From contig NMRA01000071.1 of the NCBI GenBank assembly GCA_002633005.1, forward strand, positions 395,906-459,905: a stretch of 64,000 nt of DNA, in the 5' to 3' direction. Source of the stretch: Phoronis australis. Lineage: Eukaryota > Animalia > Phoronida. The translations under genes were made by a program, and so were the position numbers. A model generated the notes under the pieces. That model ran no database searches. It was not told the DNA's origin and was given only the letters and a program-made list of their open reading frames with translations. Below are positions 1 to 13,535 of the stretch, one piece after another. Every line of letters begins with the position of its first letter. Positions within the stretch are counted from its first letter, which is position 1.

Positions 1-3000
1 TCAAAATCCTGGATCCGCCCCTGCATGCCCCCCTTCCCGGCCCCTCATGGCACACCGCCATTGTACACGCAGTACGCGTGTTGTGTTATCCTAGACAATC
101 CTGCAGACCGACACTACAGTAGTAAAGTTCGCATTGTTTGCCCTTGTCTTAATCCTCTCCTGATCCTGTAGAAGAGGTTGTGTTCTGCTAGTGTAAGCCG
201 CACTCAAGCAGCCGGCAAATCTTGCGATCGTTGCCATCAAATACACCGTCAACGCTTCGTTGGTAACCAATCAGAGACAGGTTTGTGAGAGAGTGCGGGT
301 TAGGAAACTCGACATTTGTTGACACAGGTCGGCATACAGTGAGCGTGGTTAAGCTCAACACGCACCATTGTTAACCATTCAATTATTATGAAAAGCATTT
401 GTCCGGCTCTTTGTTCGACTTGGAAAGGCTAGTATTTTGTGCTCGCCTGTGCTGAAAGAGAATCAACATATAATCTCATCCGGTTAAAATAACTTAGTTT
501 GACAGAAAGAAATGGTTACATAGAGAAAGATGAAACGTTCATTGACCAGGATAGTGTAGGCCTGATATCTCTGACATGATGATTCCCAGCTGAACAGGCT
601 AATGGTATGTACATTCTAGTCAAACTTGAGCTAACTTTTTTCATTGATTCACCTGACGAAGACACGTGGACTATCAATTCATGCCTCGCCTACTAACCAG
701 AAAAATAGTGTCATAGAAAGTGATTTGAAGTAAGACCAATGAAAACTGAATCTCTTTTTACATAGTTATTTTCCGAGTTCGGGAGAAGTGGACTGTGGTA
801 TAGAGAACAATCCGACGTCTTTAATTCGTTAACATATTGAAGTAAATCATTCACTTTCAATTCTTAGGGACGTATCGGTTTTATGGCCGAAAAGGCATTT
901 TTGGGAATATTATTGGATGGGATAGACTACTTGAAGTTCTTAGGTTTGACCAGAGCTGTTAAACAACAAAATCCGATGTGTTTTTGTGTGGCTTTATTAC
1001 GAATTGCCAAGTTCTCGTCGGTGTCTGCCGGACATTCGCTGAAATTTAGGACTCTGACTCCATCGGTTAAATACGCAAAATATTCGAGTGTGGGTTAATT
1101 CTGTCAGCAGAGCTTTTGACTGGTCTCAGAAAATCACGTTTCTCGTCGATACTGTCACTCAGACAATAATATCTGCTCAATTTTTTGAGCTGACTATTCT
1201 GAATTTGACCCATGATAAACGCAAGGCGATTTGAAGGCGTTTAGTACTTAATATTTCAAATATCTTCAGTTTCACTGTAATTTGTACCAATCGAGCAGGA
1301 AAGAAACACAAAGGCCTATGTATAATTGTTCTGTTCCTTGATTTGTGGCAAGAGATTATGAAAACATTAATGTCGTGCGTCACACACCGCCAGTTAGTTC
1401 ACCATCCGTGCCAACGATAACACGCCATTAATGAAACACTAATAGATACATAATAGCCCTGTGTGTTGGAATAATTTCATCTTGTTTGTGGCGACAAAGT
1501 TGACGTTGTAAACAAGACCACTGCTCTCACTTGGTACTAAAACAAATAATATGATTTCCATAATTATTGAGCGACTATTTGAGAACGAAGAAGAAAACTG
1601 TAGCTTCAAAGCCCCGTGTTTTTTCTTATTTCCAAAAAAGCGGGTTATGATTAGTGACGTCAAGTGCCAGTGATGCCATCGTATTATTGGCTAACGTTAC
1701 TATTAGTGATGATCTGTGGCTCACTTTTCCGCATTCATGATTTATAGCGCTAACGTTGATCCAGGAGGATAGAATTAGATATTGGAACGTGAATGTCAAG
1801 ATAAAGATATTGTGTTAAACAAATAGTTGTTATCGACACCTTCGTTCGTTTGAAACGTTAAAGCTTGTGCGGTCAAGAATCTGTGCTTAATATAACAGTT
1901 TCACTTCAGTAGGCCTAAAGCAATTTGTGCTTAATATAAAAGTTTCACTTCCGGTAGGCCTAAGGCAATTCCTTTCTTCTGCCACATTTACTACAGTAGA
2001 TTCACAAATTGTAATACGTCAAGTTCTAGTGGTTTATTAGAAAATATCGACGACAATGACGTTTGACTTACTTTTACTTGTATTGTTAACCGACGGTATG
2101 GCTTGTAGCGTAACATAAGATCGATCAGTCAGAAGCGTTGAACGAACTTTAAAATATTAATATTTGAGCCATTTTCATTCATTACAGTTTAATGGTGTAT
2201 ATAGGTGACCGTAATTTAGTTGTCAAAAATCGAAGTTATGTAACTCATGCATTGGTAGACAAGAGCCAATGTGGTGAACCATTCACAATTATCTGAGTTT
2301 TGAATGATACGTGGTGGTGGAGATGATCTATTAGTCTACTCTATACACTTCAACATAAAGTACGTGCTATAAGTGTGAACATTGATTTTTAATTACACGT
2401 ACAAGGCTTCAAAACTATTCTAATAACTAAGTGGTGATATTATGTTATCTTTGAGTTAAGCCATGACTAAGTTTATTTAGTTGATAACACACGGCGCTTC
2501 TTTAGCAAATGTAGACTTAAAGCATTCGCCTGCAGTTTGCATAAGAAATTTTATTGCTCATTGAAAAACACTCAATGTACAGTTTCCGCACTTTGTAAAG
2601 ATCACAGAAGCCAAGTCAAAACATGTCGGTGTTTAAAATTGTAAAGGGATTTGATACGGTGTTTGTGCGACGTGAAAGGATTTGATGGAGTTCCTACATT
2701 GTTCAGTTAGTACCTCCTGTACACTACATTATCCTGGGAACATCTGGACGCATTCTCTGCACAGCCCTGCCTGTCAACATTAGTACATCACGTGACAGCA
2801 TGTTTTGTGATGGAGACAGTATCCCCGGACAGTAGCGCAGTAAAGGTGTTCAGCACATACCTGTAATTTACCTGCAACTAATGAGCGAAACCTTATCATG
2901 TGATAGACAGATGAACCATTGGCAGCACAGTGTCTGTACAAATGATAGGCCGTCGGCGCTGACTCGCTAGACTGTGATGAATCATTAGCACGGGCTAAGT

Positions 3001-4229
3001 ACTTCGTTCTCATTCGCTCACGTTGACTGGAAAGTGCATTGTGTGTAACATTTGGTTGATTTTGTTTAAATCAAACAGGTCAGTAGGTTAATTTCTATTT
3101 TTATGACTTGTACGATCTCATGTCAATATCTACAATAACTATGTTCAAAATTAAAGAAACGTGTTGCGGTATAAATGCAATTTCTTACTTCTCACTGACA
3201 AAATTTAGGATGAATAATGAGATGACATTTGCAAAAGAGAAAATGCGAGAGTGCAAATGACCGGCAAATTTTAAATTCAAGTTTATTATTGAAGAAAGTG
3301 AATATAAGGAGTTTAAATTTAAAAACTAAACTTTTTCATTCTAAACACTTGTGAACTTGTAATATTAGGTTTGCAATTCAACACTGAAGGAGCTGTGTTT
3401 GTTTGAAGGATTAACATTCAGTTGTCAACTGGTCCACAATATAAAAGGCTAAAAACCTGTATGAAACGTGAGACTCTGAAAACCGACATGAAGGTCAATA
3501 TATCTCCTAGCTCTGTTAGTTCTACAGATCTAGAACACACTGTTAATAGTTATGTCATCAATGTTTGTCGTAAAATCCATGGCAACCGAAGTAAACTGTT
3601 TTTGATTGATGTATTTTGATTTTGTTCCAATCTTTCCAATTTCTGTTTAGTAATTACTAAAATTTTATAATACTAACTAATTCCCATGAATGACTTAACG
3701 CGCGTGTCTTCCACAAGATTGTGTTTAAATTATTTCGATTCTATGTGGTTTCGTGTATTTAACCATAGAACTGTAGCCTTGTAATGCCAATTCCGATCTC
3801 GTGGCCGCTGAGGTTGCGCCTCGCATGCGTGGGGGTCGTTTGCATTCGTTTGTTACGGTGTGTGTACTTGCTATGGAATTTACTGTCAGTAAAACTTTTC
3901 GCAACTCCGCCGTTTTTCAACCGAATTGCATAAGAACCATGTTATTAGAAATCTCTTTGTCAGAACGATGCTTATACCAGAAACAACACATACACAATTT
4001 ATTTCATAAGTAATTATCATTTCTCATACCTGACTGGTTTAAAAATAGTTTCATAGATAAAGACCAAGAGTGTTACCAAAATGTGAAAAATAACAGCGTG
4101 TAATAGTGTCATAAAAAGAAAATGAAAAGTGCGATAAACTACTCCATCTATCTATCCGAAATTTGCAGATAAAGGTTTTTGACAGATAAAATGTGGGCAA
4201 AATCGATCACGTAGCTTTGAAATGTACTA

Positions 4230-5304
4230 TCGGGGCTTGGAATGTCCAATGACAAAAAGAGGAAGTTTCCAGGTGATGTATCTTTTCATAAATAATAAGG
4301 CTTGTGTGATAGAAATATTTTTCGTGTTGTAAAATTTAACTGAAATAAACGTTTTTGCATGAATAAAGTCAAAATAATGATAAAAAGCGACAAAAAGAGG
4401 AAACTGGAAATCAAGTGAGAGGAAATGGAAACCAAAAAAGAGTGTAGGACTTTCCATAATAATTTAAAAATAAACTCTTTTCTACAGAAAGTAAAAGTTA
4501 GTGATCCTGATACATGTAGTGTAATTGTTACTATCAACAAGAGACATTTTTACGATTGCTACATTACTAAAGAAAGTGGACTTTGGGAAATAACGATATT
4601 CACAAAAATAAACAATGTCATTTTGAACACCTGTTGCATAGCTGTCATGGTCAATATTCAAGAATGTAAAAACGGGACAACTGGATTGAAAAGCGAGACA
4701 TCTGGGTCTAAGCCAAATCGCAAGGACGAAATGTTCGCTACAACACACAGGCATAGCGACAGCATTTTTTGTGGAAAGAGAGATGGAACGCTCAAAGATG
4801 CCCGACAGCGTTTTTCTTGTTGTTTTTCATAGTTGAAAGGGAAATTGCGGGTGGCGCAAAAACCATGAAACGTCCCGTTTTTTCTTTTTAGTCGGGCGGG
4901 AAAATGTAGACTATACGCTGCTATGTCGCATGGGATATTACAATACATCTATTTGGCCGTGATGGTGTGGGGGATGGCGGTAGTCCGCCAAGAGCGGGGC
5001 AATTGGCAAATACAGTGTACGTTGTTGGCAACACGAAGTACTGGACTGGGTTCTCTTAAAAGGTAAAATTTTTGTTTTTTAAAATTTATTTCACGTGTAT
5101 TGGTAAATATTACTGATAACATTAGGCCTACTTCTCAGAAATCGAGCCCAAAATTTTCATTTAGGCCGAATGTAACTGCTTCCCACAAAATACTGTAACA
5201 TGATTTTAACACCAAAAAATGTCTATTTGAAAAACTCGTGGCATGTAGCATGCCGGAAATTCTCAGCGCGAACTCTCGCGGCTAGTCTCGGATTACCAAG
5301 CTCT
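4230..5304. mobile_element. Old hAT-like non-autonomous element related to the 32542 MITE, containing the LINE fragment
   Basis: Left end cggggcttggaatgtccaatgacaaaa matches the reverse complement of the 33044 terminus (cagggcttggaatgaccaatgacgaaa). A degenerate right end ttaccaagctcta lies at ~5293-5304. Confidence 0.4.
4425..4620 (+). mobile_element. L1/Tx1-type LINE 3' fragment (zf-RVT-like remnant)
   Basis: FHNNLKINSFLQKVKVSDPDTCS...HFYDC resembles the C-terminal zinc-binding region of L1/Tx1 ORF2 (LHxILxTNxFLxKxK...C..C...H.F..C). Confidence 0.45.
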
Positions 5305-8300
5305 AATAATAGAATAGGTCACGTGCGAAAGTTGGCATTCCAGAGCTTAACAGTTCTTTGATATAACCAATAGTTAAGACCTTTTGTAGAGATCCATTTT
5401 CACCAAGAGCTGACATTTTAGAACACGGTGAAATTATAGTAGAAAATTCAACACATTTACAGAAAATCATTTGGAGCCGGCCTTTTCTTGAGGCGAGAGT
5501 TAAGATTTGTTCGATACAGGTGTGTGGTATCTACACAAGAATGACGAAATATGTCAAGATTATGATGGGCGACTGTTTTCTTCTTTTGTGCGTCTCTAAC
5601 AATATATATCGGTGATTGTTTTGCGCTCCTCGGGCACCAGTCATCTCGACCACCGAGCGTTACGTGTCACTGATCAGGAAAGGGTTTAGATAAAAAACGA
5701 TTGTATCGGAAAGCTCGGGTCATGACCGTGAGTTGTGATACCTAAAATAACCCCTTCTGAGATCTCACCTCTTCGACGCCGCGTCACTGGGAAAAAAGTA
5801 AGTGTAATCAATTTATTATCGGACAATGCGGGACGTTATATAGGTACATGTACTCATCGGACTGTGAGTTTCCAAACTAGAATAAGATGTACCTCAAACA
5901 AGGGTAATGATTTGATATAACGTGCCTAAATTTTGAGAACCAGTTTTCTCCACTGAATAACGGGCATCAAGAGGTTTTAAAAATACGGGCACATGATATC
6001 AGACTATTGCCTCAAACAAGTGCTCTTTGCGAAGGGCGCGTGCATTGATATTTGATAACTGGTGTTCTACCTTGCTTGCTTACAAGGGTTGGAAAGAGTC
6101 TGATTATATGGTGCGACTACTAAGAGTATATGTAGAGAAAGTTGATATTGTATGCTTCCTGTTTTACAAAACTTTTCAAACATTGCTTCAAGTTTGTCGT
6201 GCCAACTCACATCTCGTCGTTCATGTTAACTAGAATGCCTGACACTTCAATTACTGCAATATTTTAACTGAACCAGGTTAAGTTGTCTTTCATTTTTGTT
6301 CCCGTTAGCTATAGACTCGTTGACGTCAATAGCAATATTGGAGAGTTCTTTTCATGCGTCTTGGCTTATAAACTATCTTAGTAGGCATAGTCGTAAAACA
6401 GGTTTATTGATATTGTTGAGCTAGAAACGTTATTTCGTAGATAAAAGCGTTGTGTTAAGGTTTTAAAACAGGAATTGCATTTTTGGTTATTTCACTGATT
6501 TTTAAACTGCATTTTGTCATCAAGGTAGCTTGAGAGAAACCGTTTTCTAGTATGCTAAACATCTTTTGAACTTTGCCGACAAAATGGAAACAGAACTGAA
6601 CACTCAGCTTAGTTGAATGTGTCATACACCCAAGCACAGGTCACTCGGGACGTGTCCTAAACATAGTTTTGTTCAAATCAATGCATTAGCGAAAAAGATG
6701 AAAATCAGTTCGGTCGTTGTTGTCAAAGTTTACAGTAAACAACCCTTCATAAAGACTAAATGACGTCACAGAGAGTGAGTGAACCCCAGGAGTCTACCGT
6801 AGATTGTTTGCGTTTTGAAAAGTAAACTATGGTGTGTTATTAAACAGTATGACGCGAAATAACGTCGATTATTTCGATACTTGTTCACACTTAATAGCCA
6901 GTAAATCGGCCGAGTTAAGCACGACTGTTGCCAAACAAACAGATGTAATTCGCCACTTTATTGTTTGACTGAATAAAACATATATTGTAGACCGTTCTTC
7001 TTTTCCGGGCAAGCGACAAAATCAACACAGTGTTTTTGTAGTCATGTGGCGATATGCTATGAAGTTTTGTTTGTTTATTGAACATTCATAACGCCTGTAT
7101 ATTCTGAGACCCGCGGGTATCGCACCATTATGAGGTAGACAGGTATGAAACTATTGGTTGTGATATGGTGGGACTCAGGTGACTTGTGGTTTGTCCGGCG
7201 ACATGGAGCTGGGAGTAGTGTTATATTTATGTTTCGTTGAAGTAGAGTAACGCTACAACTGAATGGTCGACAAGCTGGACACTATTTGAAGAACAATAGT
7301 TTGGTGCACTTGAACTCTGTCTGAGACTTGAATAACAGAACATTTGTGATGTGCCTTAACCTTTGCTCAATTGGCGTCACTTCTTAATGAGAATCCAGGT
7401 GTCGTCATCGCATGCTCAACCGGAAGAGAGTGCGCCGGGATTAGACGTACTCTCCCCCCCATCGAGAAGTTTCAATATAAAAATTACACCTTTCCGAATT
7501 TTCCCTTTAAATGTTTACTTTGAAATAGGACATGTGTCTTTTCTGGAAAGGGTTTGTTCGTTGTTTTTTTCTCTGCGGTCTCGAATGGTTTTGGCGTGTT
7601 CTTTAAGCCCCTAATTAGACAGATAGTGCACGTCAGGGGGGAGAGGCAAGCTTTATCGCCCCTTATCATGGTAGTTATGTGCCTCCTTAGTAAATACAAG
7701 AGACATATTTGCCAGACTGGTATTAGTCATAGGATACGTCACATACGATACGTCACATCCTAGGTGGCGAGCATCATACCCATAACGTCCATTTATCGTT
7801 GTTAACTTTGGTTTTACAAATGAATGACTTAAAAGAATATTTTAGTTGTTACTTATTCAAAATTAATGTGAAACAGCTAAGGTGATGCGACGTTAAATCA
7901 TGTTGACTTTGATTGTAGACACTAGAATGAACCGGGGAACTTAGCCGTGTGAACAATAAATGCAAGAGCTCCTTGAGGGCACGAGATGCGGAAAAACAGC
8001 TCTCCATATTACGTCATAACATCTCTCACTCCATATTACATTGACACAATTAACTGAAAGCTGCAATTTCTTAAGCTTCGACTCGGTTAATCAACCAGTC
8101 TTTTAAAAGTCGATGTTGGAGATTTTTAAAGTAAAGTAACGAAAAACAGGATACGCAAATCTTTGAAGTGTCAAGTTACACACACAAATGCAATCATACC
8201 ATAACTATCCAGTTTGATATAACTTGACTTTATGTAGGTGATATGATATCCAGGGGAGTACCGCAGATTTATCTTCTGTGCGAAAAATACAACCGAACCC

Positions 8301-8935
8301 GTGGGAAAAATCGAAACAGGCCAAACCAGGAAAGTTTAGTAAAACTGTTTCAGCTTCAGTTCACACGAGCGCACGCAGATAGAGCGTTTTGCGTTGCGCA
8401 TTTAGATACCGGCTGTCAAAGGTTTGACATATCTGATGGCTCTGTGCTGTTTGTCTAAGAATTACTCAAACATCATTGAAATTGTATAGATCGACTTAAT
8501 ATTTGTGCAAGAGATTAATCTCACAGTTTCCTCGGTGACTTGTCTTAATTTTATACCCAAGGTGGCACTCATAGGGTGTTGTATGCTGCTCTATGACGTA
8601 ACAGTTCGCGTATAATTGGCTACTTTGGGTACGGAATCTAGTAATTACGTAAATTGTTGTACTTCATACGCACAAGCCCACTGTTCTGAGAACTAGCTAG
8701 ATTTCTAGTAAAACCCGGCCTCCGTGTAACATCTCTCTACAAAACATTTGGCCTGACAAGAAATTAAAGGTAGCTAGACGCACGTACATGATTCGTTTGC
8801 CCAATGGTACGCGAGTGTATAGTTTTACTTTTCCCAAAATGATCTTGTCAAAAATATCCCCTCGACAATGTATAAGGGAATACTAACTCCCAATATTTTA
8901 ATGAGGAACGTTGTTGTTTTCCAGCTTTCTGCGAG

Positions 8936-10435
8936 ATGTCGGGAAACAAATTTGGTAGCGAGAAGCAAATTCAAGCGGTAACGAGCAATTTGAAGGAAGA
9001 CCAGTATTTGGAGAAAACTCTACAGACGCTGAGTTTGGAAGAATCGTACGCTATTAAACTCCTTCAACTGGACCACCGCGTCATCAGAGTGAACTACAGA
9101 AGGTTGAAGGAACGTGTGACCAAAATAAAGTCGTATTTGAACGCAGACGACATCGTTGAGTTTAAAACTCTTGAACAGGAGCACAAGATGAAGCCGTTGT
9201 ACACCCAGGTCAACTTGAGCGGACAGAGTAAAATCCGTGCCGCCGCTAGAAGACTAAAATTAGAACCCAAGCTACCAAGACGTAGTATGAGTGCTAACCC
9301 AAAGATGTTGCGTAAAGCTGTCTTGACGCAAACGGCCATATTGCCGTGTCCTGATAACGAAGAGCTGCAGAGACCGAATTCTGTCACAGGAGTCTTTATA
9401 GACGAACCGGAACCAGAAACAGCTGTTCGAAGACTGTCGTTGAGCGAGTCTCTGGTGTTCGGGGTAAACGACGTACAGGTGACGACAACAAAGAATATAA
9501 AAAACAAGCTCAACGATGAAAATACTCCGTTCAGATCACTAAGTGCAGAAGTACCTCATAATGTATTCACGCCAGAACCGGGTGCTGAAAGCACTCGAAA
9601 AAGCAAACGAATTCGGCCATCGACTACTCTCGGAGTCCCGGCCAGAGAAAACCGCGTGAGAGAAACGACTTTATCAAAATCAAAATACGAATTTTCTTCG
9701 CATAATTTGGACAATGATACTCCGCGTGATAAATCCACTGAAGAAACTGAATGGGGATTTTCCCCAAAAAGCACAGCTCGGCGGTGGTCTGTCGGGTCAG
9801 GAGAATCCATAGAGGCATTTGGACCTGATCCGCACGAAGAGAGACGAAAGAATTTACTTAATTCGGAGAAAGAAAACTCTGAGGATTTAAAAGCACAAAA
9901 GAAGGAATATTTAAGTGGTGTTCAGCAATTTATAGAGGAAGGTCCGTCAATTGAACCGAATTTTGTGCCAACACACGAGGCAATAAAAGGCATTGATAGC
10001 TGTAACCTAAAACCAAAGTTTGAAAGAAAGATAGAAACGTCGAAAAAGCAGGTGTCGAAAGCAGCGTTAGAACAGCGACTTAACGAGCTGGGTCTACGTT
10101 TAGAGTCTCCTTCTCTTCCGCCCCACATGGTCTCCAGACAACAGTCTGTAGTGACTCCAAGAGGTAAAAGTGTAAATAATCTTGCACGCGCAGATGACTC
10201 ATCTGTGGTGGTTCAATTGTTAGAGCCAAGCGTGGAGCCAAAAGAAGAACTAACGCCGTTTCAGAAACAGTGGAATGAGATTAAAAAGACGCGCTATTTG
10301 AGAGCAAGAGATTCGCAGATTGACTTCTCTGGAGTTGTGACCATGGCCCAGGACCAGAATAAGATTGCTAAGGCGTGGAAGGACTTTACCAAGCGATCGT
10401 CTCCCTTTAAAACTGGAATGGGCGATGACCTATGA
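8936..10435 (+). CDS. 499-aa single-coding-exon protein, CCDC190/DUF4697-like (N-terminal coiled coil, long disordered S/T/E/K-rich middle)
   Basis: 1.5 kb uninterrupted ORF preceded by a pyrimidine-rich acceptor (ttgttgttttccag, ~8924), implying a 5'UTR exon upstream. The N-terminal EDQYLEKTLQTLSLEESYAIKLLQLDHRVIRVNYRRL and C-terminal WNEIKKTRYLR segments resemble, from memory, the two conserved ends of CCDC190-like proteins. The ORF is solid; the family call is tentative. Confidence 0.75.
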   Translation: MSGNKFGSEKQIQAVTSNLKEDQYLEKTLQTLSLEESYAIKLLQLDHRVIRVNYRRLKERVTKIKSYLNADDIVEFKTLEQEHKMKPLYTQVNLSGQSKIRAAARRLKLEPKLPRRSMSANPKMLRKAVLTQTAILPCPDNEELQRPNSVTGVFIDEPEPETAVRRLSLSESLVFGVNDVQVTTTKNIKNKLNDENTPFRSLSAEVPHNVFTPEPGAESTRKSKRIRPSTTLGVPARENRVRETTLSKSKYEFSSHNLDNDTPRDKSTEETEWGFSPKSTARRWSVGSGESIEAFGPDPHEERRKNLLNSEKENSEDLKAQKKEYLSGVQQFIEEGPSIEPNFVPTHEAIKGIDSCNLKPKFERKIETSKKQVSKAALEQRLNELGLRLESPSLPPHMVSRQQSVVTPRGKSVNNLARADDSSVVVQLLEPSVEPKEELTPFQKQWNEIKKTRYLRARDSQIDFSGVVTMAQDQNKIAKAWKDFTKRSSPFKTGMGDDL

Positions 10436-11959
10436 TAAGATGTCTTCAGTTTACCAGACGCTCTCTTTAAAACAGTCATTGGGAATACTTGTAATGATGA
10501 CGTCAGTTTACCAGATAAGCATCTCAGTAGAACTGTAAAAGCATATTTCTTTAAAATCTTTGATGATCCCAGAATCTTACTTCGCACTCGAAAGCAACGT
10601 CCATTTGTTCGTAATTACGTGATTGTATTTTTGTTAAAAATCGCGATTTACTCAGAGATTGTCGTGATTTTCACTAACTTAATGAAAAGGTTTGCACCGC
10701 AAGCTTGCAAATCCTGTATTACGTACGAAAGAATGTCTTCGATTTTTTAAAGTCTTTTAGCCCGAGAGTTCTGCTGTCAAATGACTGTCATGTGGAGTAT
10801 AAAGGCGATGTGACTCAGATGTGAGGTTCTGGGGAAGCTTAAGGTGGCCTGAGATTACCCTTACCCACGTTCGAGGTGTTACGAATAGTTGCTAAAGTCA
10901 CTCCATCCCCGTGACTGATTGAAATCTAGTGACGTAGGCTTATGTGCACTGTTCGATTCAACACGACAAATTCTGACCCTAGACTAGATCAGTGTAGTAC
11001 AATACGTTAGTATTGTTTAACGCAACTGTAAACACTACAGGGTCCGTTCTCACGTAGTGACTTTCTAAAACACTTTATTTTTACTAACTAGACCTACCGC
11101 TGTCAAAACATTGGGATACCTGATAGTTTTCCAGCTTTATTTGTTGTTATTCATTCATTGGCAAGGATTATGAAGTATTGTGCAATACGTTTTGAATTTG
11201 GAATGCTATCAATATACTGTAAATGTTATTGAACATGTCTTGTCAATTGTAAGCTCTTTGCTACCGGTGCTGACGCAAGGCTAATGAAAAACTACTTCTT
11301 TTTGACAGTCGAATGAGCATTTCTTGTAGCTCGCACCACAATCAGACTCATGGACAATAGATAAACACACTTAGGCTACATAGCTAGTTACCGTTGCCAA
11401 GTCCCACAAGCGCAAAGCAAAACATCACGGAAGTCCCCTGCAAGCTTAAAACAATAACTGATTCTTTTCCACTTTTTCCTATAAGATTTCACTGAAACTG
11501 TTCATCATAATCGCTGTAGTTGCGGATATTACATGGAACGACAAGTAGCACGGTAGGGGCCCCCAAAAACATGTCAACTTGAAGTTTATTTCATCATCCT
11601 TAATACATGTATACGTCACCAATCCGTGAAGCTGGAATGGAAACATACTTAACTACAAGGACCAAGTTTCACCACCAGTTGGAATACAAAACAGACGTAT
11701 GATTATCAGAATACAATCCGCAAAATATAACACAAATACCCGGTGAAGTTCACGGGCGTCACGTCCGTAAATATCTGCAACTGAGATGCATGCCATGTCA
11801 AATGCTAAAGTGAGGGAAAGAGTGCGAGAAAATTCCCAGGTACAAAGGACTAATCCAGATACCAAAACGCTGCACTGTGTTTGGATAACGATATACCTCG
11901 GGAAAATCCGGCACAAAACGGCTTGTTCCTGAAGAAAAACTTGTCAGTAAAACCGCAAA

Positions 11960-13535
11960 TTAGGCCTCTTTCTGCTTGCGCCACCTGGCGATCTCTTGGA
12001 GAACCAGCTCATTACGAGCTGTTCGTTTAAGTTCGCATATTTCTGTGAATTTTATCCCACTGGTAGTCAGAGTTTGTTTCAATTGCTCATGAAAAATGTT
12101 CAATTCCTCCAAAGTCGACACCAGACGCACGCTGTCGTCCGCAATACATTCGGCATGTGGCTTGATGACAAACACCAGCGCCCTCTTTAAGCTGTGAAAC
12201 AAATAACATGAGTAACTCCATTTCACCATAGATTCTACCAAAGACGCCCAATTTTTCTTACAAATACAAATACGTTTCCATTTGAACGTTTTCCAAATAG
12301 GACATTTTATAAAAATGTGAAACTTAAAGGCCCATGTTAAGTGTTCCTGGCTGCATGGCCTTTTGTACACAATGACGGATATGTCACATTACTATGCATT
12401 ATGGGATGTTTGTCATCCAAAGGAGAATGAAACATACCATAAACTTAAACATTAGAGCCTAGTGAAAACGAGATCATTTGGACAAATTTTTACCAAACTA
12501 AGATACAATCTGATTTGTACATGTATGTACAGTTCAACATTTCATTATTTTAAATTATTCTGAGACAATATTCGATGCTCCGTGATTTCCATGTTCTTTT
12601 TGGATAACATACGAGAATGGAAACACAGAGCCTCCTTTATAACCAGAGGCACATATTGTTGAAATCTTGCGCATATGTGTTTGTAAAAAGTACTGTTCTC
12701 TGAGAACTGCATTGCCTAAATGGTGTTGGCGTGAACCTATTGTTCAGATTAATCTAATGAAATTTCTATTTCACGCCACTGGCCCTCAGGGAAAGGCTGC
12801 TCAGAGTTATCATGTAAATTTTATGTAACATGTGGACCAAGGCCTTAAATGTTGAAATAAACTACTGAAAAAAATCTACGCATGCTCATAAGACCGCTCT
12901 ACATGAGATGCGGAACTACTCACTAGTCCGTGCATCTCTGCGCCCAAATACTTTTGGACACCCTCTGGTAGGCCGCCTCCGACAAGTATAGTTTGGTATA
13001 TACCACGGCATCCAGTCCTCGCTCGCTGATGTAACCTTCAACAAGTGAACAATGTTCAGATCAACATCAGGGCGGAATTCAAATCTTCTGGTTGACCTGC
13101 TCACGTCGTTGCTAGACCTACAGCCATTGAAAGCAAAAGGAAGGTCCGGGGTGGTACAGAAATATGGGTTAGGAATTCTACAAAAGGGTCGATTTTTGCC
13201 ACATAATGTTAGATCAATATTTCGTATTTTGTTGCTGTTTATTTATTTGCTGTCAAGGGTTTTTTAAATTCCCTTAACAACTACTTACGTATTTCGAAGG
13301 GTATCTGTTACGGAAACGAATATATACAANGCAATGTCTTCAATTGTAAGTACTCAAACGTGTCTGGATGATGCATTGGATCAAAGTCATCACGTGACCA
13401 TCCCTCTTCGGCGATGATGTTCCGTGCAACCTCCTCGACATGACACAAACGCAGGTCATGTGACCCATTGGTTAATTCCCGTAGTAGCGTCGTCTTCCCA
13501 GTACTGTGAGCCCCCGATAGTATAACTCTCAACAT
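11960..13535 (-). CDS. AAA_28 / NadR-Ttd14-like P-loop NTPase (nucleotide-kinase fold), at least 3 exons
   Basis: Exon 1 from ATG 13535 to the N at 13330: MLRVILSGAHSTGKTTLLREL (Walker A) ...HVEEVARNII. Exon 2 13035-12924: YISERGLDAVVYT (the D/E-R-x-x-D motif). Exon 3 12191-11960: LKRALVFVIKPHAECIADDSVRL...IKFTEI. The exon 2-3 intron is GT-AG and phase-consistent (TA|C = Tyr). The exon 1 3' end is lost at the single-N junction. Confidence 0.8.
12324..12847. mobile_element. Possible TTAA-flanked (Kolobok/piggyBac-like) MITE in the AAA_28 gene intron
   Basis: Termini ttaaaggcc ... ggccttaa; only very short inverted ends are visible. Confidence 0.3.

Noticed and set aside
883-8458. Numerous 60-135 aa ORFs in the first 8.5 kb and at 22-25 kb
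   Set aside because: No domain similarity or consistent exon structure, apart from the LINE remnant at 4425; consistent with chance ORFs.
9094-10587. Antisense ORFs overlapping the 499-aa gene (likewise those antisense to EF-Tu and PSMC3 exons)
   Set aside because: Shadow ORFs with no recognisable motifs.
13308-13330. Premature stop suggesting the AAA_28 gene is a pseudogene
   Set aside because: The frame breaks exactly at a single-N contig join; missing sequence is the likelier cause, and the downstream exons are intact.
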